NCBI GenBank assembly: GCA_031316235.1
Contig: JALDRA010000001.1
Coordinates: 4,020,001 to 4,052,000, forward strand
Direction: 5' to 3'
Length of the DNA stretch: 32,000 nt
Source of the DNA: Candidatus Scalindua sp.
GTDB lineage: Bacteria > Planctomycetota > Brocadiia > Brocadiales > Scalinduaceae
Made by a program: the position numbers and the translations under genes. Below, in pieces: positions 1-7,147 of the stretch. The notes under the pieces were generated by a model. It did not search any database and was not told the DNA's origin. It was given only the letters and a program-made list of their open reading frames with translations. Each line of letters starts with the position of its first letter. Within the stretch, counting starts at the first letter, position 1.

Positions 1-747
1 AGCTGAACGAGAAATATTTGACGAACCTATATAGCCAGTATGAAATCCGGTATTTCTACAAAACAAATATGCTTTTGCATGCAGTCTTTCATTATTTGAA
101 TTATATGAAACTTTTATTTCTGTGTTTCTCAATTCAGAGAGAAATTCCACCGCCTTCAGATCAGTTGCTCCCATGTAAGAAGTTGTTATTACTCTAAGTT
201 GCCCACCTCTTTCAGTAAATTCTATTAATTCGTTTTCAAAAATTCGTATTCCTGTCCATTTGATAAATGAAACTAGAAAATTAATTCTATCTGAAGAAAG
301 AATTTCTTTTTTGATTTCGCTTTCAAGCGAAATACCGGCATTATTGCCAGTGAATAATTCACTTTGAGACAATCTAGTGTAAGGGGTAATTTCTTTCAAG
401 TATTTTTCAAAGTCAGAAAATCTTGCATCAATCTTCGAAAAAATAGCGGAAAGAATCTTTGCCTCTGTTCTAATCAAATCCTTATCAAACTCTTCATTGT
501 TTAATTCATCTCGTAATAGAATAATAATTTTGTTAGACAGCTCAATTTGCTTTTCAATATTGTCATCATCAGAAATTGAATTTAAGGCAACCATGATAAC
601 ATCACATAAATATTGTGATAAAAAGCCAGCCGCTTCGTTCTTATCAATTGTCGTTTCTTTTATGTAAAAAACATTTCTATCTAAATCATTCAATTTAGAT
701 GAAATCAAATTACTTACAAGCTGTTCGTAAAGTCCTTGTTGGATCAT
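1..747 (-). CDS. HKD (phospholipase-D-like) nuclease domain of a PLD-nuclease/DEAD-DEAH helicase fusion protein; N-terminal 249 codons only, the gene runs off the left edge
   Basis: Not in the ORF track because it has no stop in the window. I checked all 249 minus-strand codons from ATG 747-745 down to position 1 and found no stop. Translation starts MIQQGLYEQLVSNLISSKL and ends ...NNERLHAKAYLFCRNTGFHTGYIGSSNISRSA, which is a canonical HxK(x4)D-type/GSxN HKD motif. N-termini like this precede helicase domains in restriction-like HKD-helicase fusions. Confidence 0.6.
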   Translation of the reverse strand, partial: MIQQGLYEQLVSNLISSKLNDLDRNVFYIKETTIDKNEAAGFLSQYLCDVIMVALNSISDDDNIEKQIELSNKIIILLRDELNNEEFDKDLIRTEAKILSAIFSKIDARFSDFEKYLKEITPYTRLSQSELFTGNNAGISLESEIKKEILSSDRINFLVSFIKWTGIRIFENELIEFTERGGQLRVITTSYMGATDLKAVEFLSELRNTEIKVSYNSNNERLHAKAYLFCRNTGFHTGYIGSSNISRSA

Positions 748-898
748 AATATGGTTTTTAAAAGTTATCTACTCCTTAGGACCTGATCGTTATGCTCAAT
801 AATGTTGAGATAAATACTATAATTGAAACAATGCTTACTCGATAAATTCTCTGTCCTTAAAATTCAGTTCGACGGTAAGATAGGTAGATTCTCATAGT

Positions 899-1010
899 TA
901 TACTCATCTCATAATGGTTTTCGGAAAAAATCCGAGATAAAATTGAGCGAGTATACCTTCACCAAGATTTGATTTCCGGTAAAACCGAAAACCAAATCGG
1001 TTTTAGAATA
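899..1010 (+). repeat. Copy A of a ~108-bp double-hairpin repeat (MITE/PATE-like); core 901-1008, flanked by TA/TA
   Basis: TACTCATCTCATAATGGTTTTCGGAAAAAATCCGAGATAAAATTGAGCGAGTATACCTTCACCAAGATTTGATTTCCGGTAAAACCGAAAACCAAATCGGTTTTAGAA. Near-identical sequence recurs at 4370, 8934(rc), 12915(rc) and, diverged, at 12529(rc). Confidence 0.8.
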
Positions 1011-1086
1011 TCTACCAGCGATTATTTTATGGAATTTTACAGTATAAGTTACTCTATTTGAATCAGTTGTAATAACCAACTTTTCC

Positions 1087-1422
1087 TCAAAAAAATAATC
1101 CTATCCGCCTTGAAACCTCAAGTATATTCCATCCTTCCAGAGACGCCTTCTTGAAATTAGAGAGTATTTTTTCAGCAGTAATAGTTACCGTAGGTTGTTC
1201 GTTTGTCTGGCTGATCTCCAGTATTTCATGCCATATATGGTCATCCTGGTTCAAATTCTCCGGCTGAAGATCTTTCAGGCCGATTTCTGATGGTATAAAA
1301 AACACTTTTTCATATAAATATTTCTCAATATCCTTTAAAGAAAACAGACCACGAATAATCACTGTATCAAACTCCTTATAATTGGCTGCGTCTCTGTATT
1401 GATACGTGAATACTGTGTTCAT
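1087..1422 (-). CDS. hypothetical protein (111 aa), no recognisable motif
   Basis: ATG-initiated ORF (cat at 1420-1422) with no competing ORF. Lies between htpX and the helicase gene on the same strand. Confidence 0.4.
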   Translation of the reverse strand: MNTVFTYQYRDAANYKEFDTVIIRGLFSLKDIEKYLYEKVFFIPSEIGLKDLQPENLNQDDHIWHEILEISQTNEQPTVTITAEKILSNFKKASLEGWNILEVSRRIGLFF

Positions 1423-1582
1423 GATTGGGCCTTTTTTCCAGGATTAAGACGGATACTGTTTTTATTCTTATGTATACCCATGTGCAAAATAAACCGGCTT
1501 TCCGGACATAAAACCGACTCCAGCACAAAATAACAGATCAGGCTATTTCTTCCAGCAGTGGGCGGTACATATTGAGTCTTTT

Positions 1583-2551
1583 TTAAACCGGATCATTTTC
1601 CAATTGAGACAGATGCTTGATTCTCTTAAGCATATTCGGGTGTGTACTCAGCTTCTCCATCATCTTATCGCCAAATGTCAGACCAAGAGCGGCATGACGA
1701 ATCCTGGACAGCTCATAGGGATCAATGGTACCATCACGGTCCAGATCGAGCTGGCTCAAATCCCGCAGTTCACTCCTGGCGCGTGACGGATCATTCACAA
1801 AAAAGGCCTTAAGCCCCTCGGACTCTTTAAGCGCCTGCTTATCGATCCGTGCCGATCCATAAACCAGCTTATAGAGGGCGGACGCCATGACCGACGGCCG
1901 ATTGCCCAGGGCCACCGATCCTTTGTCGGCAAAATACTCCCTGATACGCGAGGCGTAAAGAACGAGCAGATTTGTAATAAAATAGAAAAAGAAGGCCGCC
2001 ATGCCGATCATCATGCCGCTCCCGCGGTCATCACGACGCCTACTGCCGAAAAATAAAAAATGCCATGCGAGACGATACATGATCATCGGGATAACCGACA
2101 ATATGGTGATCGTCACGACATCACGATTCCTTAAATGGCTGATCTCATGACCAATAACCGCCTTCAGCTCTTCCGGGTTCAATAAACCCATGATAGCCTC
2201 GGTTACCGCTACCCTCCCATCACGGATACCCCGCCCGAACGCAAAGGCATTGGGAATACCCATGCGTGAGATGCCCACGCGCGGCATCGGGATTTTTGCC
2301 CTGCGGGCCTGGTCTTCCACCATGTCATATAATTGAGGATGATCTTCTCTTTCAATGTATCGTACACGCATTGTCCATTCAACAATTTTTGGCCCGATCA
2401 TGAATTGAACAAACATAAACCCGAACGATATGATTAGATAGAAGCTGAAGCTGCCCCCGCCCATGCTTGTTCCAAAGACAACCACAATGGCATAGATGAT
2501 GGCAAATAATGCACCTAACAGCATATACATACGCAATTGTAAACTGATCAT
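1583..2551 (-). CDS. htpX: HtpX-type M48 zinc metalloprotease with an EF-hand-like Ca-binding loop in the C-terminal region
   Basis: 322 aa. Has N-terminal TM helices, the HEISH zinc motif (H135-H139), further TM helices, a C-terminal STHPNMLKRI motif typical of HtpX, and DLDRDGTIDPYE (aa 269-280). Confidence 0.85.
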   Translation of the reverse strand: MISLQLRMYMLLGALFAIIYAIVVVFGTSMGGGSFSFYLIISFGFMFVQFMIGPKIVEWTMRVRYIEREDHPQLYDMVEDQARRAKIPMPRVGISRMGIPNAFAFGRGIRDGRVAVTEAIMGLLNPEELKAVIGHEISHLRNRDVVTITILSVIPMIMYRLAWHFLFFGSRRRDDRGSGMMIGMAAFFFYFITNLLVLYASRIREYFADKGSVALGNRPSVMASALYKLVYGSARIDKQALKESEGLKAFFVNDPSRARSELRDLSQLDLDRDGTIDPYELSRIRHAALGLTFGDKMMEKLSTHPNMLKRIKHLSQLENDPV

Positions 2552-2982
2552 GTGATGCTCCCTCTTTAGTCACAGCAGGAGATTCCAGGCTCCTGTTCAC
2601 ATCAAAAGAGATGTGTTCATAGCCGACTCTCCCACCATGAAATAATTTTAAAGAAAACTCGCTTTGTAAATCGTGCCGGATGACGCGCTTTTATGATCCG
2701 CACCGTAAACGGGTTCATAGCCTCACCCCGCCGGAAAGTCTTCCACTTTCAGACTGAATTGTATCGGTAAATATGTGCGATGCGATCTGCAGTCAAACGA
2801 TACGCGGCTGGTCAATTCACTTCAGATGGAACCGGTCTTCACCTTTAATTTCTCTTCCAGTCATTACCATTCCCTTCTCTTTTTGTGTCCGGGCAGAGAC
2901 CCGCAATAAAAGATCCCTACTATTTTTTATGGCAGTCATTCTAAAATCTTCTGGAGCGGCAGCACTTCCCCTTTTTTTCACC

Positions 2983-3486
2983 TTAAAGCCATGGCCAGAC
3001 TTCAACCAGAATGGTATAACCAGCCACACCGGTTACCACAGCATTGACGATTGTCCAATAACCGGTAATTTTCGCTATAGACCTGTGCTGTGCCATCAAT
3101 AAGAAAAACATGAACCACAGACTTGCCCACATTAACCAGAGTACAACGAGGCCTGCGTCAGGCAAAGCAGTAAATGCAGTCGGCACCGCCACGATAGACA
3201 CCAGCAGACAATACCATCCCAATCCCTCATCTTCAAGGCTCCAGAGAGAATTAATGCCAACCCATAAATAGGTAAATCCGAACAGCAGGGACTGCATGGC
3301 ATAAAAATAAGGGGTTATTCCTTCCCCATGCAAAAAAACTGTCCTCATGGCTCCAGCAACAATGAGAATACCGGTAAACAGATTCATCGGAATCACATGC
3401 TTTGCTTTTAACTTTCCAAGAACCATCAACCCGTTCATAAATAAAACAAAACCTACATAGACTAATGCAGTACCTAACATTCCCAT
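2983..3486 (-). CDS. AmiS/UreI-family channel (urea / short-chain amide transporter family)
   Basis: 167 aa and about 6 TM helices. MLGTALVYVGFVLFMNG...MNLFTG...LLFGFTYLWVGIN...WYCLLVSIVAVPTA...LWLMWASLWF aligns by eye with H. pylori UreI (MLGLVLLYVGIVLISNG...MNFFVGG...LLFGFTYLYAAIN...WYSLFVAINTIPAA). Confidence 0.75.
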   Translation of the reverse strand: MGMLGTALVYVGFVLFMNGLMVLGKLKAKHVIPMNLFTGILIVAGAMRTVFLHGEGITPYFYAMQSLLFGFTYLWVGINSLWSLEDEGLGWYCLLVSIVAVPTAFTALPDAGLVVLWLMWASLWFMFFLLMAQHRSIAKITGYWTIVNAVVTGVAGYTILVEVWPWL

Positions 3487-3671
3487 GCGTACGCCCCACT
3501 CCTTATGATAAAATCTGTAAATAATAATGCCTTGAAGGATTTATTCCTGTGCAGAAAAATAACCACTGACAGCGGTGAATTCATCCCTGAAAAAGATAAA
3601 AAATAATTATATATGGCTAAAAGAATAAACACAATAGTATTCCCCTATTACATGAACGAAAAGGAGCAGGA

Positions 3672-4271
3672 ATGCGAAAAAGATATGGAGTTAAATTTAA
3701 ATCCCAAGTAGTCCTTGAGGCAATAAAAAACGACAAGACAATTGCTGAGTTATCAAACAAATATGAGATACACAGAGATCTTGTACAAAAATGGAAGAAA
3801 ACAGTAATAGAGGGAAGTTCAGAGCTTTTTTTGACAACAAAATCAAGAGGAGGTAAGAATAACGAAAAAGTAGTAGATGAGTTGTATAAGCAGATAGGCA
3901 AACTGAAAGTAGAAAATGATTGGCTAAAAAAAGCTATGACATTTTCAATACAGCAAAAAAGAAATTTAATAGAATGGTGGTGCCGTGAATTAAGTCTAAG
4001 CACCCAATGTGAACTGTTGTCGATCTCTAAAGGAGCCCTGTATCATGAATCTTTCACGATGGATCAATTCAGCATAGCAGTTATGTCATTTATTGATCGA
4101 CAGCATATGCAAACACCATTTTCTGGTAGCCGAAAGATGGTAGTAGAGTTAAGGAAAAATGGATATATTGTAAATAGGAAAAGGGTACAATATCATGCCT
4201 TTTTTACTCTAACGCACACCACCATTACTCCTTACCACATCAGCTTAGAGCGGTTTGAAACCTTCTCCTGA
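3672..4271 (+). pseudogene. IS3-family transposase remnant: OrfA (HTH + leucine zipper) fused in frame to the first ~80 codons of OrfB; homology ends near 4193
   Basis: MRKRYGVKFKSQVVLEAIKNDKTIAELSNKYEIHRDLVQKWKK...LYKQIGKLKVENDWLKK is IS3 OrfA-like. ...LSLSTQCELLSISKGALY...PFSGSRKMVVELRKNGYIVNRKRVQ is an OrfB N-terminus. There is no DDE domain, and the tail after RKRVQ is unrelated. SD AAGGAG lies upstream of the ATG. Confidence 0.7.
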
Positions 4272-4367
4272 AAGACTATTTCGGAGGACCTGCCCCCATC
4301 TTTCCTGTATTTCCAAATAAGGGTATTTGTTCGTGGTACACCGAGGACCGTCCCATTTATTCTTAAT

Positions 4368-4445
4368 TATACTCATCTCATAATGGTTTTCGGATAAAAT
4401 CCGAGATAAATTTGAGCGAGTATACCTTCACCAAGATTTGGTATA
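4368..4445 (+). repeat. Copy B of the double-hairpin repeat; internally deleted (core 4370-4443, 74 bp), TA/TA flanks
   Basis: Identical to the other copies through ...GAGCGAGTATACCTTCACCAAGATTTG, then jumps to the terminal GTA. The 34-bp second hairpin is missing. Lies 5 bp 3' of the hicB stop. Confidence 0.75.
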
Positions 4446-4448
4446 TCT

Positions 4449-4586
4449 TCAAAATGTTTCAATGTATTCACAGATAGTGGTTGGTTCTGGTATCGGCAAC
4501 CCGTCTTCTTTTAATCCATCTATATGAAATGAAATTGCTTCCTTGATATTTTCTTCCGCTTCCCTGACTGTCGAACCAGTAGAAAC
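4449..4586 (-). pseudogene. hicB: HicB-family antitoxin, 3' fragment (gene split by IS insertion)
   Basis: Minus-strand reading from 4586 gives VSTGSTVREAEENIKEAISFHIDGLKEDGLPIPEPTTICEYIETF*, with the stop at 4449-4451. It joins in frame to 6805-6876 once the IS and one 8-bp TSD copy are removed. Confidence 0.7.
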
Positions 4587-4613
4587 GGGTGCATTCCCAA
4601 TTTATTGTAAAAT

Positions 4614-6032
4614 TTATTTAACAATTCGAAGACTTCTCTTAAATTTTTTATTTTTAATTCTTTCCTGGTCGTCCCTTTTGTATTTTTCGATAACTTTATC
4701 GTAAGTACCGTTATATTTCGCGCATCTGATCTTGAGTATGTTATTAGCGTTTTGGATATACCACCAAGCTCCTGATCGTTTAAGCCTTGTATGGCTAATG
4801 AATTTATTGGCGCTTTCAATAGCACCGCTGCCAATGTGATATCCTCCACGCTTGGCGGAACTGTAATCCATCTTTTCACAATGATTTGTGAGATAGGTAT
4901 AAAACTTGTCAATTTTATCTTGAATATCTTGAGTTCGGGCTTTCATCTTTCCAAGACCGCCAAGCACCTCTTCATGGTAACCATAATATATTCTTGTCAG
5001 AGTCGCCTCACACCACTGTAGAGACTCTCTTGTCTCTTTTCCGTAATGGGCATTGGCTACACCATGGACATACTCCGAGCAATGGTAATAGTCGAGAATC
5101 TCTTTTGCCGAGGGAAATATTTCTTTACATCGGTTCCAGATCCAGGGAGCACCGTCTCCTATAATTCCCAGGCGTATCTTCTCGTGGGGAATAAGCCCGG
5201 CTTCTTTGATCTTAACCAAGTATTCTGCTAATTCGTGATCTGCACAAACCTGGTGCCAGCTAATTAAATGAATAATAGTTTGACCATCGATGAGATACAG
5301 TCTAAAACCTTTAATCTCTTTGTATTCTCCTTTGCCTCTTTTCCCTTTACGGGGGTGAGGACTTGGCTCGGGACGCATCGGCCCGTGGGCTCCATCCAGG
5401 GCAAGCATCATAATGGGACGACGAAACTTATCCACTGAGAGGTTTTCTATCTGCTTATCAATCTCTTCCCTGGGCGGGCAGACATCCAAAATTCCCACTT
5501 CTTGACCAATGGCATTCGTGGTCTCATGCATATGATGTTCACTCAGCTTTACTCCGGTTATTCTCTCGTAGGTTTCGCTGGCCGTCTCATAGGCCGTTTC
5601 GCTTGACAACCAGGCTTCCACATCTTGCACATCATATTGCTTCGATGATTCAGACAATCCAAGGGCTTCGTCTAAAGGATAGTATCCTAAACGACACGCT
5701 CTGCAATAAAAATAAGGCCTGGTTAATTCAAATTGTCCGGCAAGGGTTTGGATAGTCTTGGATTGTTTTCCTTGTCTTTGCATACCCTTGCCGCATTCGG
5801 GGCAATCGCAGCTTTGCTGATTCAATAAATGTCCAAATTTCCTCTCTATGAACCCAAGAATCAGTTGTCCTAATATCTCCGCTCTCTCTTCGAAAACAGC
5901 TTTTGAGATTTCTCCTAAATCTTCCATTGAGTACTCTTCCTCAATCTTATCCAATCGGGTGTCTAAAAAACCATAAAATAAAGCTCTCCAGTTATCGGAT
6001 GACTCTATCTTTCTTTTCACCACACAAGTCAA
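4614..6032 (-). CDS. DDE transposase, ISKra4-like (UPF0236-like) family
   Basis: 472 aa. Has zinc-ribbon CDCPECG...CRAC and candidate catalytic motifs LALDGAHGP, IIGDGAPWIWN and ILDYYHCSEYV. The TTG start is preceded by the strong SD AAGGGGG five nt upstream. The stop codon lies inside IRL. An identical protein is encoded at 13888-15306. Confidence 0.8.
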   Translation of the reverse strand: MTCVVKRKIESSDNWRALFYGFLDTRLDKIEEEYSMEDLGEISKAVFEERAEILGQLILGFIERKFGHLLNQQSCDCPECGKGMQRQGKQSKTIQTLAGQFELTRPYFYCRACRLGYYPLDEALGLSESSKQYDVQDVEAWLSSETAYETASETYERITGVKLSEHHMHETTNAIGQEVGILDVCPPREEIDKQIENLSVDKFRRPIMMLALDGAHGPMRPEPSPHPRKGKRGKGEYKEIKGFRLYLIDGQTIIHLISWHQVCADHELAEYLVKIKEAGLIPHEKIRLGIIGDGAPWIWNRCKEIFPSAKEILDYYHCSEYVHGVANAHYGKETRESLQWCEATLTRIYYGYHEEVLGGLGKMKARTQDIQDKIDKFYTYLTNHCEKMDYSSAKRGGYHIGSGAIESANKFISHTRLKRSGAWWYIQNANNILKIRCAKYNGTYDKVIEKYKRDDQERIKNKKFKRSLRIVK

Positions 6033-6055
6033 AAATACCCCCTTTCAAAAGACTT

Positions 6056-6721
6056 CTATCGCTCCCTGAATACATCTATGGCGAATAGTAACGCCTGACG
6101 TTCTAATACAGGCATGGATTTAAGTTTCGCTGTCCACCTTTTGGTCTTCCTCTTTATCCGTTCCCGCTCACGAAAGTTATTGCCAAGATAACGATAGTCG
6201 TGCAGTCCTACCGGAACACTATAGTTCATCCATAACCACTCCGTTGCTACGCCATGATGACAGACGGCCTGAAAAGAATGTGTCTGCCAGCTACGCAATG
6301 ATTCTTTGTATAAGGTTGACTCGTAACCGGATATCATCACCATGCAGGGAAGAGTTTTCAAAACTTCCAAAAGTTCGATGTGCTGCGCACGGCTATAGTC
6401 ATATTTATATAGCCGTCCATACTTTTTCCTTGTCTCGCGAAGATATGGTGGGTCACAATATACCAGTTCTTTTCCTGTGAAATGATAATTATTCAGATAA
6501 TTAATTGCGTCATCATGGACCAGTTCAAAACCTATTGGATGCATATTTGTCCACATCTCAACAACTTCCGAGTCAATTTCTATCCCAAAATTACTCCTGG
6601 CAGGTCGTTTGTTCCGTATAACAGCGCCACCACCCAAATGAGTCTCTATGTAGACATCATGGGGTGGCATAAGATTGATTAACTTTTGGAATACACCTCC
6701 TTTGCCGCCTGGATAATTCAT
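6056..6721 (-). CDS. D12-class (Dam-family) N6-adenine DNA methyltransferase, IS-borne, with no restriction partner visible
   Basis: 221 aa. Has the N-terminal NYPGGKG motif, ETHLGGGAV (AdoMet motif I-like) and YCDPPY (motif IV). Starts at ATG. Lies 23 bp upstream of the transposase on the same strand, inside the IRs. Confidence 0.8.
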   Translation of the reverse strand: MNYPGGKGGVFQKLINLMPPHDVYIETHLGGGAVIRNKRPARSNFGIEIDSEVVEMWTNMHPIGFELVHDDAINYLNNYHFTGKELVYCDPPYLRETRKKYGRLYKYDYSRAQHIELLEVLKTLPCMVMISGYESTLYKESLRSWQTHSFQAVCHHGVATEWLWMNYSVPVGLHDYRYLGNNFRERERIKRKTKRWTAKLKSMPVLERQALLFAIDVFRER

Positions 6722-6727
6722 GGAAGA

Positions 6728-6756
6728 ATTATCGTTGAAAACAACGAGGAAGTCAA
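6728..6756 (-). promoter_or_regulatory. Sigma70-like promoter inside the IS right end driving the methyltransferase; predicts a leaderless mRNA
   Basis: The minus strand reads GATC-TTGACT-N17-GATAAT-TCTTCC-ATG. The -35 is at 6751-6756 and the -10 at 6728-6733. Only 6 nt separate the -10 from the ATG (6721) and there is no SD. Confidence 0.5.
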
Positions 6757-6796
6757 GATCTTTTATTATATTTTACAAAAAATCGGGAATGCTCCC

Positions 6797-6876
6797 GTAG
6801 AAACACAACCGGGTAAATCCGGAACATATGCTGAATAATTGTCCGAACCTTTTTCAATGACTATTGCATAACGCAT
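6797..6876 (-). pseudogene. hicB: HicB-family antitoxin, 5' fragment
   Basis: ATG at 6876-6874. MRYAIVIEKGSDNYSAYVPDLPGCVST is a typical HicB N-terminus. It is cut by the IS at the GTAGAAAC target duplication. Confidence 0.7.
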
Positions 6877-6879
6877 TTC

Positions 6880-7068
6880 TCATCCTTTCTTTAATTTGGC
6901 TTGTTTGTAAATGCTATTCAAAGTTCCAGGCATGAGATAATCCGATAGTTTGCCAGGAACAGTGACACGCCCTTTTTTGAGGGTATGTTTATACTGTCAG
7001 TGACTTCCATAGTACTTGAATATCACTACCGGAACTCCATAACACTTCAATATTGCAATACCAAGCAA
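6880..7068 (-). pseudogene. hicA: HicA-family mRNA-interferase toxin with an in-frame TGA (nonsense) at codon 24
   Basis: Minus-strand frame reads (TTG)LGIAILKCYGVPVVIFKYYGSH-TGA(6997-6999)-QYKHTLKKGRVTVPGKLSDYLMPGTLNSIYKQAKLKKG*. The GSH(R/H)xxKH...KGRVTVPG...PGTL pattern is HicA-like. The stop lies 5 nt before the hicB ATG. Confidence 0.55.
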
Positions 7069-7081
7069 TCATCTATATAAT
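7053..7081 (+). promoter_or_regulatory. Candidate sigma70 promoter for the DUF1573 gene
   Basis: TTGCAA (7053-7058), 17-bp spacer, TATAAT (7076-7081), 67 bp upstream of ATG 7148. Confidence 0.4.
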
Positions 7082-7147
7082 AGCGCAATATCACCTTATA
7101 ATTAACCAGTTTATTCTTCCAAACAGTAAAAACCGGATTATCGTAAA

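Larger units (their letters stand above)
4587..6796 (-). mobile_element. IS copy 1 (2,210 bp): ISKra4-like DDE transposase plus Dam-like methyltransferase, with terminal IRs and an 8-bp TSD
   Basis: IRL is 4587-4613, GGGTGCATTCCCAATTTATTGTAAAAT. The reverse complement of 6770-6796 is GGGAGCATTCCCGATTTTTTGTAAAAT (24/27 match). The direct repeat GTAGAAAC occurs at 4579-4586 and 6797-6804. The insertion interrupts hicB. Confidence 0.9.

Noticed and set aside
2552-2982. ORFs 2773-3102 (+, 109 aa) and 2817-3029 (-, 70 aa) lie in or next to the 430-bp htpX/AmiS intergenic region. A GGAAAGTC string (2733-2740) also hinted at RNase P RNA.
   Set aside because: The ORFs have no motifs or start signals and overlap each other and the AmiS 3' end. 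The RNase P P4/CR-I context (GAGGAAAGTCCGGGC, plus the distal ACAGAAA/GGGTAA elements) is absent. The region may hold a leader or other regulatory RNA, but I cannot support one.
4520-4912. A 130-aa ORF (and its twin, 126 aa, at 13806-14186) overlaps the transposase 3' end and crosses the IS boundary.
   Set aside because: It runs in an alternative frame on the same strand over the transposase coding region. The two versions are identical only within the IS and diverge exactly at the IR end. There is no motif and no start context. It is an out-of-frame overlapping ORF.
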